Below, piece by piece: positions 54,851 through 62,862 of a stretch of 64,000 nucleotides of DNA. The number at the start of each line of letters is the position of its first letter. Within the stretch, counting starts at the first letter, position 1. The notes beneath the pieces are model-generated. The model made no database searches. It worked only from the letters and a program-made list of their open reading frames with translations, and was not told where the DNA came from. Source of the DNA: Sandaracinaceae bacterium (lineage in GTDB: Bacteria; Myxococcota_A; Polyangia; Polyangiales; Sandaracinaceae); contig JBGAQA010000001.1 in NCBI GenBank assembly GCA_044220955.1, positions 70,962 through 134,961 on the forward strand, in the 5' to 3' direction. The position numbers were made by a program, and so were the translations under genes.

Positions 54851-57145
54851 GTGACGCGCGCGCTGCTGATCACCCAGTGCCTGCAGCGCGACTTCGTCGC
54901 GCCGCTCGCGGTGCACGCTGCGCTACCCAACCTGCTGCACGTCGGCCCGCGCGAGTCGGCGCGCCTGCTCGGGCCCGATCCCGCCGAGGGCCCCGTCGCG
55001 CAGCTCGTCCGCTGGGCGCGCGAGCGCGATCCGACGACGCTGCGCATCCTGCACGTTCGCGACCTGCACGACGCGGACGATCCCGGGCAGCGCCGGCACC
55101 TCGACGCGTTCGGCGTGCACTGCCTGCGCGGGACCGAGGGCGCGACGCTCGTCGCCGATCTCGAGCTCGGGATGCGCCCGGACGAGCGCTTCGTCGACAG
55201 CAAGGGGCTCTCCGACTTCGAAGGGACCGACCTCGAGACGACCCTGCGGGCGTGGCTCGGAGAGGACGATCCGGCGTCGCTACGCGTGGCCGTGGTGGGC
55301 GTGTGGACGGAGGCGAAGGTCACGTTCCTGCTCTACGACCTCGCGACGCGGCTCGGGCTGACATCGCTCGCGACCTCGAGCGCCCTCACCGCGAGCGCCT
55401 CGCGTGCCGCGCACTTCCAGGCGCTCGAGCAGCTGCGGAAGGTGCTGGGCGTGAGCGTGCTCGACTCGGTCGGCGCGCTCGCGGGCTGGCTCGCGCCCCA
55501 GGCCGGCTTCGCGACGCGAGCGGCCGGACGCACGTTCACGACCGAGGTCGAGGGCGCCGCGCTCTCGGACGACGAGCGCGACGTGCTCTCCCACCTCTAT
55601 CGCGACGCCGCGAGGGTCGAGCTCCGGACGCTCGGGGGTGGCTTCTCCGGCGCGCGCGTGTTCGCGGTGAAGAGCGAGGACGCCCTCGGCCACGCGCACG
55701 CCGCGTCCGTGCTCAAGCTCGGCCCGCGCGAGCTGATCGGCAAGGAGCGCGCGGCGTTCGAGCGCGTCGAGGAGGTGCTCGGCAACGACGCCCCCCGCCT
55801 GCTGGGCGCCGTCGATCACGCCATGATCGGGGGCCTGCGCTTCGCGTTCGCCGCGATGGGCGGCGGCCCGGTGCGCACGCTGAAGTCGCTCTACGAGGGC
55901 GGCGCCCCGGAGGCCGAGCTCGACAAGACGCTGCGCGCCGTGTTCGAGGGGACCCTCGGCCGCTTCTACCGGGCGGCGACCTACGATCGGCTGCCGCTCC
56001 TCGAGTACTACGGGTTCTCGCCGCAGCACGCCGCGTCCGTCGAGAAGCACGCGCGCGCGGCGGCCGGCCCGGCGGACCGCGCTTGCGTCGACGAGCTCGT
56101 CTCGTTCTACCGCGAGGGCCTCGCAGAGCTGGGCGAGCGCGCGGGCGAGCATCACTACGTCTCCTTCGTCCACGGCGACCTCAACGGCGCGAACGTGCTC
56201 CTCGACGGCCGCGGCAACGTCTGGCTCATCGACTTCGCGCACACGCGGCGCGGGCACGTGCTCGGCGATCTGGTGAAGATGGAGAACGACCTGCTCTTCC
56301 TCTTCACCAAGCCGCGGGACGAGGACTTCGCCGAGGGCGTCGTGCTGCTGCGCGCGCTCGCCTCGGTCGAGGATCTGCGCGCGCCGCTCCCCGAGGCGTT
56401 GCCCGAGGTCGCGGCGCCCGAGCTCGTCCGCGCCTGGCGCACGGTCCGGCTGCTGCGCGCGCTGGGCGCGGCGGTCGTGCGAGAGGACCGGGATCCGACG
56501 CAGCACCGGATCGCGTCGCTCCGCTACGCCGCGCACACCATGTCGTTCGAGGAAGCGAGCCCCGTGCAGCGGCGCCTCGCGCTCGTGGCCGCCGCCATGC
56601 ACGCGCGCGCGCTGCGCGACGAGACACGGGCCGATCGCGCGCTGCGCGTGGGCTTCGTCGACGCGCGGCCGGGCCGGCTCGGCATGACGCTCTGCCCGGG
56701 GCGAAAGGACCGCGGGCGCGATCTCGACGAGGATCTGCGAGCGTTGTGCGATCTGGGCACGAACGTGCTCGTGACGCTGACGACGCAAGAGGAGCTGTCG
56801 TGGGCGGGCGTGCCCGAGCTCGAGCTGCGCGCGCGCGAGGCAGGGCTCGAGACGCTCGCGCTCTCGATCCGCGATCAGGAGGCTCCGAGCGACGCGGCCA
56901 TGCACGGGCTGACCGGCGCCATCCGGGCGCATCTCGACGCGGGCCGCACGGTGGTCGTGCACTGCATGGGCGGACTCGGTCGCAGCGGCCTCGTCGCCGC
57001 ATGCGTGCTCGTCGATCGCGGGCGCTCGCCGTCCGAGGCGCTCGCCGCGGTGCGCGAGGCCCGCGGTCCACGCGCGGTCGAGTCGTCGGCACAGGAGAGG
57101 GCGCTCGTCACACACGCGCGCTCGTGGCAGGAACGAGCACCATGA
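54851..57145 (+). CDS. Isochorismatase/nicotinamidase-like + APH-like kinase + dual-specificity (CDKN3-like) phosphatase fusion
   Basis: LQRDF, RDLH, HCLRGTEG; GGGFSGARV, VLKLG, HGDLNGAN, IDF; GMTLCPG, HCMGGLGRS. Confidence 0.82.
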   Translation: MTRALLITQCLQRDFVAPLAVHAALPNLLHVGPRESARLLGPDPAEGPVAQLVRWARERDPTTLRILHVRDLHDADDPGQRRHLDAFGVHCLRGTEGATLVADLELGMRPDERFVDSKGLSDFEGTDLETTLRAWLGEDDPASLRVAVVGVWTEAKVTFLLYDLATRLGLTSLATSSALTASASRAAHFQALEQLRKVLGVSVLDSVGALAGWLAPQAGFATRAAGRTFTTEVEGAALSDDERDVLSHLYRDAARVELRTLGGGFSGARVFAVKSEDALGHAHAASVLKLGPRELIGKERAAFERVEEVLGNDAPRLLGAVDHAMIGGLRFAFAAMGGGPVRTLKSLYEGGAPEAELDKTLRAVFEGTLGRFYRAATYDRLPLLEYYGFSPQHAASVEKHARAAAGPADRACVDELVSFYREGLAELGERAGEHHYVSFVHGDLNGANVLLDGRGNVWLIDFAHTRRGHVLGDLVKMENDLLFLFTKPRDEDFAEGVVLLRALASVEDLRAPLPEALPEVAAPELVRAWRTVRLLRALGAAVVREDRDPTQHRIASLRYAAHTMSFEEASPVQRRLALVAAAMHARALRDETRADRALRVGFVDARPGRLGMTLCPGRKDRGRDLDEDLRALCDLGTNVLVTLTTQEELSWAGVPELELRAREAGLETLALSIRDQEAPSDAAMHGLTGAIRAHLDAGRTVVVHCMGGLGRSGLVAACVLVDRGRSPSEALAAVREARGPRAVESSAQERALVTHARSWQERAP

Positions 57146-57738
57146 GCCTGCACCCGCCCAAGGTCGGCCCCGTCCGGAAGCTGATCGGCCGCGCGTGGCT
57201 CAAGGCCTTCGGATGGAAGGTCGAAGGCGCCCTGCCCGACGCCACCAAGGCGGTGTTCATCGCCGCGCCCCACACGAGCAACTGGGATCTACCGTTCACG
57301 CTCGCCATCGCGTGGACGCTCGGCACGAACATCAGCTGGATCGGCAAGGACAAGCTCTTCCGCCCGCCCTTCGGGCCCTTCATGCGCGCGCTGGGCGGCG
57401 TCTCGGTCGTGCGCGGCCAGAACGCGAACCAGGTCGAGGCGATCGCGCGCGCGATCCGCGATCAGCCCGAGGGCGTCTACGTCGTGATCGCCCCGAGCGG
57501 CACGCGCTCGAAGAAGGATCACTGGAAGAGCGGCTTCTACCGGATCGCCGAGGCGGCCGACGTGCCGCTCCTGCTCGGCTTCCTCGACTACGAGCGCAAG
57601 CGCGGCGGCCTCGGGCCGACGATGACGCCCAGCGGCGACGTGAAGGCCGACATGGAGAAGATCCGCGCGTTCTACGCGGACAAGTTCGGCAAGTTCAAGG
57701 AGCGCATGACCGACGTCCGCCTGAGGGAAGAGGAGTAG
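57142..57738 (+). CDS. PlsC-like acyltransferase
   Basis: APHTSNWD, IAPSGTR, WKSGFY.IA. Confidence 0.9.
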   Translation: MSLHPPKVGPVRKLIGRAWLKAFGWKVEGALPDATKAVFIAAPHTSNWDLPFTLAIAWTLGTNISWIGKDKLFRPPFGPFMRALGGVSVVRGQNANQVEAIARAIRDQPEGVYVVIAPSGTRSKKDHWKSGFYRIAEAADVPLLLGFLDYERKRGGLGPTMTPSGDVKADMEKIRAFYADKFGKFKERMTDVRLREEE

Positions 57739-57742
57739 CGGC

Positions 57743-57940
57743 TCAGTTCGGGCGACGTGGCGGCGTGTACGCCGCGACGAGGGCCGGCGCCCCGCTCGCG
57801 CCGCCCGAGCCCGACGCAGGCGGCGGCATGAGCCCGCCCGGGTCGCCTCCCGAGAGCATCCCGAGGCCGTCGAGCTTCGCCAGGTACTGGAGCATCTCGA
57901 GGAGCTTCGCGTCGATCGCTTCGGGCTGCGCGACGGACCA
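57743..57940 (-). pseudogene. Possible 3' gene remnant truncated at a half REP-like repeat
   Basis: Open frame WSVAQPEAIDAKLLEMLQYLAKLDGLGML...RRPN* with coding-like GC3 and no clear start or RBS. Confidence 0.35.
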
Positions 57941-57942
57941 CC

Positions 57943-57956
57943 GTGGAGTGACCCCG
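57943..57956. repeat. Single arm of the GGGGTCACTCCAC repeat family
   Basis: GTGGAGTGACCCCG, identical to the arms at 35014-35027 and 52559-52572. Confidence 0.8.
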
Positions 57957-57971
57957 GGCGCGGGGCGCCGA

Positions 57972-58469
57972 TCAGAGGCCGTCGTCGAGGGCGTAGTTGT
58001 GCCGGAGATCGAAGGTGCACCGGAGCTCGCCGCCGTCGCTGAGGCGCAGGAGCATGCTGCCCACGACGCGATCGATGCTGGCGCCGGTCAGGGTCATGTC
58101 GCCGTCGACGAAGCTCGCCGTGCTCGTCGGCAGCGCCACGCGGAAGAAGTGAAAGATCGGATCGGTCAGGATCGGGTGCGCGCCGACGTACGACGCCCTC
58201 GGGACGCTCTCGAACTCCGCGTCGATGGTCAGGTCGGGGGCGCCGTAGGTCATGCGGAAGGGCCCGTCCTCGTCGGCGAGCAGGCCGTCCCAGCGGTGGA
58301 AGTCGCTCACGTCGGGGACGAGGGCGACGTCGACCGTCCTGCCACCGATGGTTCCGGTGCAGCGTCCGCCGGAAGGACGACTGTCGACGCACCCCGTGGC
58401 GAACAACGCGAAGCCGAGGAGGATCGGCGCGGAGCGTACGGCGCGGCGGGGGATCGAGACGCGTGGCAT
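57972..58469 (-). CDS. Hypothetical lipoprotein
   Basis: Lipobox ATGC; beta-rich. Confidence 0.55.
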   Translation of the reverse strand: MPRVSIPRRAVRSAPILLGFALFATGCVDSRPSGGRCTGTIGGRTVDVALVPDVSDFHRWDGLLADEDGPFRMTYGAPDLTIDAEFESVPRASYVGAHPILTDPIFHFFRVALPTSTASFVDGDMTLTGASIDRVVGSMLLRLSDGGELRCTFDLRHNYALDDGL

Positions 58470-58541
58470 CGGGTCAGCCTGACATGCGCGCACCGATCGC
58501 TGCCTCGCCTCGTGTGACCGATCTCCGTGCGAGCGTCCACC

Positions 58542-58979
58542 TCAGCGGGCGAGCTCCCAGACACGGACGGCGCCGCCGACCACGAACCCGGCGACGATCA
58601 CGAACATCAAGAGCAGGATGATGCGATGCAAGGGCATGGGCGCGAGCGCAGGTCGGCGCCGGGCCGTCGCGACCTCGTGCGCCGGATCCCTCGAGACGAT
58701 CAGGAATCCGTGCTGCCCCTCCATCTCGGCCAGCGTCCGATAGGCCGCGTCGCGTTCCTTCGCCCAGCCCGAGGACGTCAGCCCCACGAAGCTCGCGAGC
58801 AGGGCCGCGCTGACGGTGGCCACCACCACCGCCGTCACTCCGGTCGCGTCCTTGAGCACGTACGCGAACAGCGCGAACGCCGCGGTGAGCGCCCACGCGT
58901 TGCTGCCGTAGGTCTGCTGGTGGGTGAACTGGAACCACGCAAGCGCCCATTCGTAGCGGCGTCTCTCGTCGTCGCTCAT
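58542..58979 (-). CDS. Small membrane protein (about 3 TM)
   Basis: Hydrophobic segments separated by a charged helix YRTLAEME. Confidence 0.6.
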   Translation of the reverse strand: MSDDERRRYEWALAWFQFTHQQTYGSNAWALTAAFALFAYVLKDATGVTAVVVATVSAALLASFVGLTSSGWAKERDAAYRTLAEMEGQHGFLIVSRDPAHEVATARRRPALAPMPLHRIILLLMFVIVAGFVVGGAVRVWELAR

Positions 58980-59024
58980 GTCGCCGAGAGCGTATGCCAG
59001 CCCTCGGCGGCGATCGAGTCCGTG

Positions 59025-59930
59025 TCAGCCGACCAGTGCCTCGCGAAGCACGGCCTCGCGGCTCTCGCGAAAGCGTCTGGTCACGGGCGCGCCGGGGCTG
59101 ACCGCGTCGAAGCCGTGGTAGGCGCCCTCGATCACCTCGAGCGCGCAGGGAACACCCGCCGCCTCGAGCCGCCGCGCGTACGCGACGTCCTCGTCGTGGA
59201 AGAGATCGTGAGTGCCGACGCCGATCCACGCGGGCGGCAGACCGGCGAGCGACGCCGCACGTGCGGGCACAGCGCCGGCCGGGGTGTCCGAACCGCCCGG
59301 CTCCGCGCCGAGGTAGCTGCGCCAGCCGAAGCGGTTGCTCTCCACGCCCCAGAGCCGGAGGTGCGTCTCGTCCACGTCCGTGCGCAGCACGGTGCGGTCG
59401 TCGAGCATGGGGTACACGAGCAGCTGCAAGACTGGCTTCGGACCCTCGCGGTCGCGCACACGCAGCGCGAGCTGCGCGGCGAGACCGCCGCCCGCGCTCA
59501 TGCCGCCGATGGCGATGCGATCGGCGCGCGCGCCGACCTCGCCGATCGCCGAGAGCAGCGCCCACGCGTCGTCGAGCGCGGCCGGGAACGGGTGCTCGGG
59601 CGCGAGCCGGTAGAACGGCGCGACGACGGCGATCCCGAGGTCGCGCGCGAGGCGGGCACAGGCGGGCGCGTCCTGCACCGGCGTGCCGACGACGAAGCCG
59701 CCGCCGTGGAACCAGACGAGGACCGGGAGCGCCTCGGTCCTGCCTCGTGGACGGAACACGCATGCGCGGACGCCGCCCACCGACGCGATCCGCGCGTCGA
59801 CGTCCGGCGCGCCCGAGAACAGCGGCATCCGCCCGTTCGCCCAGCGCAGCGCGCGCAGCAAGCGCGGCCCGAGGGTGAAGCGCGGCAAGAGCTGCGCACG
59901 AAAACGCAGCTCTCGATGAAACCCGCTCAC
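59025..59930 (-). CDS. Alpha/beta hydrolase, HSL family esterase
   Basis: HGGGF, YRLAPEHPFPA, GMSAGG, D.F.DE, HGF. Confidence 0.93.
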   Translation of the reverse strand: MSGFHRELRFRAQLLPRFTLGPRLLRALRWANGRMPLFSGAPDVDARIASVGGVRACVFRPRGRTEALPVLVWFHGGGFVVGTPVQDAPACARLARDLGIAVVAPFYRLAPEHPFPAALDDAWALLSAIGEVGARADRIAIGGMSAGGGLAAQLALRVRDREGPKPVLQLLVYPMLDDRTVLRTDVDETHLRLWGVESNRFGWRSYLGAEPGGSDTPAGAVPARAASLAGLPPAWIGVGTHDLFHDEDVAYARRLEAAGVPCALEVIEGAYHGFDAVSPGAPVTRRFRESREAVLREALVG

Positions 59931-59934
59931 GAGC

Positions 59935-61131
59935 TCAGGCGCGCTCGAGGACGATCGCGATGCCCTGGCCGCCGCCGATGCACGCGGCGCCGACGCCGTA
60001 CTTCGCCTGCCGCTTGCGCAGCGTGTAGACGAGGTTCGCCGTGATGCGCGCGCCGCTGGCGCCGAGCGGGTGGCCGAGCGCGATCGCGCCGCCGTTCACG
60101 TTCGTCTTCTCTTCCGGAAGGCCGAGCTCCTTCTGCACGGAGAGGAACTGCGCGGCGAACGCCTCGTTCACGTCGAAGAGATCGATCGCGTCCTGCGAGA
60201 GCCCGGCGCGGTCGAGCGCGCTCTTGATCGCCGGCACGGGACCGATGCCCATGAGCGTCGGGTCGACGCCCGCGACGCCCCACTGGACGATCTTGGCGAG
60301 CGGCGCGAGGCCCCGCGACTTGGCCCACTCGCCGTCGACCACGATGATCGCGCCCGCGCCGTCGTTGATGCCCGACGCGTTGCCCGCGGTGACGACGCCG
60401 TCCTTCTTGAACACCGGCGGTAGCTTCGCGAGCTGCTCCACCGTCACCGTCGGACGCGCGTGCTCGTCCCGGTCGACGACCTTGGTGCCCTTCTTCTCGA
60501 CGATCTCGATCTTGGCCATCTCGTCCGCGAAGCCGCCCGACTCCTGCGCCGCGGCCCAGCGCTGCTGGCTCTTCTGCGCGTACGCGTCGCAGTCGGCGCG
60601 CGTGATGCCGTACTTCGTCGCCAGGTTCTCCGCCGTCATCGCCATCGGCAGCTTGCAGAAGCTGTCGGTCAGCGCGGCCCAGAGCGTGTCGACCATCTCG
60701 GGCGGCTTGCCGAACTTCGCGCCGCCGTCGCGCAGGCCCCACATCGCGTGCGGCGCCTGGCTCATGCTCTCGCTGCCCGTGGCGAGCACGGCCTTCGCGT
60801 CACCGAGCAGGATCTGCTCGGCCGCGTTCACCACCGCCTGGAAGCCCGAGCCGCAGAGCCGGTTGACGGTGAGCGCCGGCTTCTCGATCGGCACACCGAT
60901 CTTCAGGCCCACGTGCCGCGCGCCGTAGATCGCGTCGGGCGAGGTCTGCTGCACGTTGCCGAGGATCACCTGATCGATCTCGCCCTCGCTCAGCGTCGAC
61001 TGCGCGAGCGCGGCCTTGCCCGCGTGCACCGCGAGGTCGATCGCGCTGATGTCCTTGAGCCCGCCGGAAAAACCACCGAAGGCCGTGCGCTTCGCACCGA
61101 CGATCCAGATCTCCTTGCTCAGCTTCTTCAT
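59935..61131 (-). CDS. Acetyl-CoA acyltransferase (thiolase)
   Basis: NRLCGSG, NASGINDGA, NEAFA, GHPLGASG, ACIGGGQG. Confidence 0.96.
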   Translation of the reverse strand: MKKLSKEIWIVGAKRTAFGGFSGGLKDISAIDLAVHAGKAALAQSTLSEGEIDQVILGNVQQTSPDAIYGARHVGLKIGVPIEKPALTVNRLCGSGFQAVVNAAEQILLGDAKAVLATGSESMSQAPHAMWGLRDGGAKFGKPPEMVDTLWAALTDSFCKLPMAMTAENLATKYGITRADCDAYAQKSQQRWAAAQESGGFADEMAKIEIVEKKGTKVVDRDEHARPTVTVEQLAKLPPVFKKDGVVTAGNASGINDGAGAIIVVDGEWAKSRGLAPLAKIVQWGVAGVDPTLMGIGPVPAIKSALDRAGLSQDAIDLFDVNEAFAAQFLSVQKELGLPEEKTNVNGGAIALGHPLGASGARITANLVYTLRKRQAKYGVGAACIGGGQGIAIVLERA

Positions 61132-61159
61132 GACGACAGGCCTCCAGGCAATTGGTTGG

Positions 61160-62026
61160 TCACTTCGCGCACTCTGCCCACGCGTTCGCGAACACCGGCT
61201 CTTCCGGGTGTTCCTTCGTCTTGCACGCGACGATCGTGCGTCCGTCTTCCCGCCAGCCGCTGATCTCGAGCGTGTCGCCCGGCCAGACGGGGCGCGAGAA
61301 GCGCCCGGTGAAGACCTTCAGCCGCGACGGGTCGCCACTGCACTCGTGCCTCAGGATCGCCCGCCCGACGTACCCGTAGGTGCAGAGCCCGTGAAGGATC
61401 GGCCGGCCCTCGGTGACCTTGCTCGCCTTCTCCGCCACGACCGGATCGGCGTGCAGCGGGTTGTAGTCCCCGCTCAGGCGGTAGAGCAGCGCCTGGTCCG
61501 GGGACGTGGTCTCGGTCACGGTCCAGTCGGGCGCGCGCTCCGGAGTGCGCACGCGGACGCTCTTCGGCGGCGGCGGCCCGCCGTACCCGCCGTCGAGCAG
61601 GTACATGATCGTCCACTCGGTCTCGCAGACGAGCTCGCCCCGCTCGTCGCGCGTCTCGGTCGAGAACACGACCTGCGCCATGCGCTTGAGATCGCCGATG
61701 CTCAGGACCTTGCCGATCGTCGTGAGCGTCCCCTCCGCCGCGAAGGGCTTGTGGAGGCGAATGCTCTGCCCGCCATGCACGACGCCGCCGAAGTCCCCGC
61801 CGACCACGTCGAACATGGCCTTGCACGCCTCGTAGGTCGGGATCACGGCGTACGTCGGCAGCACCTTGGCGCCCCGGCGATCGAGCCCCTCGTAGACGAA
61901 GTCGAGCTGCTCGTGGCCGGCCCCGACCCCCAGAGCGTAGAGAGCGACGTCGCGGAAGCCGTACGTGAAGCGCAGCGGCTCGGTGGTCTTGCCGAGCGCC
62001 GCGGGGTCGAGGGGCTTGCCAGCCAT
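61160..62026 (-). CDS. MaoC double hot-dog enoyl-CoA hydratase 2
   Basis: LYALGVG, YRLSGDYNPLH.DP, ILHGLCT, FSRPVWPG. Confidence 0.92.
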   Translation of the reverse strand: MAGKPLDPAALGKTTEPLRFTYGFRDVALYALGVGAGHEQLDFVYEGLDRRGAKVLPTYAVIPTYEACKAMFDVVGGDFGGVVHGGQSIRLHKPFAAEGTLTTIGKVLSIGDLKRMAQVVFSTETRDERGELVCETEWTIMYLLDGGYGGPPPPKSVRVRTPERAPDWTVTETTSPDQALLYRLSGDYNPLHADPVVAEKASKVTEGRPILHGLCTYGYVGRAILRHECSGDPSRLKVFTGRFSRPVWPGDTLEISGWREDGRTIVACKTKEHPEEPVFANAWAECAK

Positions 62027-62115
62027 GCGTGCGGACCGTCGTAGCGTCGGGCCTCGCGAGGCGCCATGGGCCGCTCGCGCCGCTTGCCGCCACGCGTGAG
62101 CGGTCGCACGCTCGC

Positions 62116-62850
62116 ATGGACGTGCCCCGCTCCGGACTTGGCTTCTTGGTCGTCGCGTGCGGGCTCGCGAGCCTCGCCGCGTGCCAGCGGACGCACTCGC
62201 CGCCGGTCACGCTCATCGACGCCGGACCGCCCGACGCCGGACCGCCAGCCGATCTCGACACCGACGGCGACGGCCTCTGCGACTTCACCGAGTTCCAGCG
62301 GCGAACCGACGCCTCGAGCGCCGACACGGACGGAGACGGGTTCTCCGACTACGTCGAGGCGCAGAACGGATCCGATCCGAGCGCGCTCTCGTCCCCGGAT
62401 CGGAGCCTGATGCTGATCCTCTCGGAGGCCCCGGGCGCGACGCTCGACACACCGGTCTCGTTCGCGGTCCGCGGCATCGGTGAGACGTTCGCGGGCGCGC
62501 TCGTTCGCCTGCCGCTCAACATCGTCGACGACGGCTCCGAGGCGCGGACGTTCTACGTGGGTAGCGACGCGGTCGGCGCCTCACCCATGGCGAACGTGCG
62601 GGGCGGCATCGAGGGCGCGAGCTACCTCGGCGTCGTGGGCCGCACGCTCTTGCCCTTCACGCTGCACTTCGCGCAGCGGCAGGCGCCGCGCGGCTGCATG
62701 CGAGCGTATCCCTTCAACTACAACCTGAAGACGTCCGACGGGCAGCTGCGCGGCTCGCTGCAGCGCTGGATCGTCCTGATGCCACCGGGGATGGACATCG
62801 GCGCGCCAGGCGCGCGCTGGTGCGGCCCCGTCACCACGCGCTGCCTCTGA
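62116..62850 (+). CDS. Lipoprotein with Ca-binding DTDGDG (TSP3-like) repeats
   Basis: LAAC lipobox; DTDGDGLCD..E and DTDGDGFSD..E. Confidence 0.75.
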   Translation: MDVPRSGLGFLVVACGLASLAACQRTHSPPVTLIDAGPPDAGPPADLDTDGDGLCDFTEFQRRTDASSADTDGDGFSDYVEAQNGSDPSALSSPDRSLMLILSEAPGATLDTPVSFAVRGIGETFAGALVRLPLNIVDDGSEARTFYVGSDAVGASPMANVRGGIEGASYLGVVGRTLLPFTLHFAQRQAPRGCMRAYPFNYNLKTSDGQLRGSLQRWIVLMPPGMDIGAPGARWCGPVTTRCL

Positions 62851-62862
62851 GGGGCTCGTGGA

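Noticed and set aside
59025..62026. MaoC-thiolase-esterase cluster as a novel pathway
   Set aside because: An ordinary lipid/beta-oxidation gene grouping with canonical motifs.
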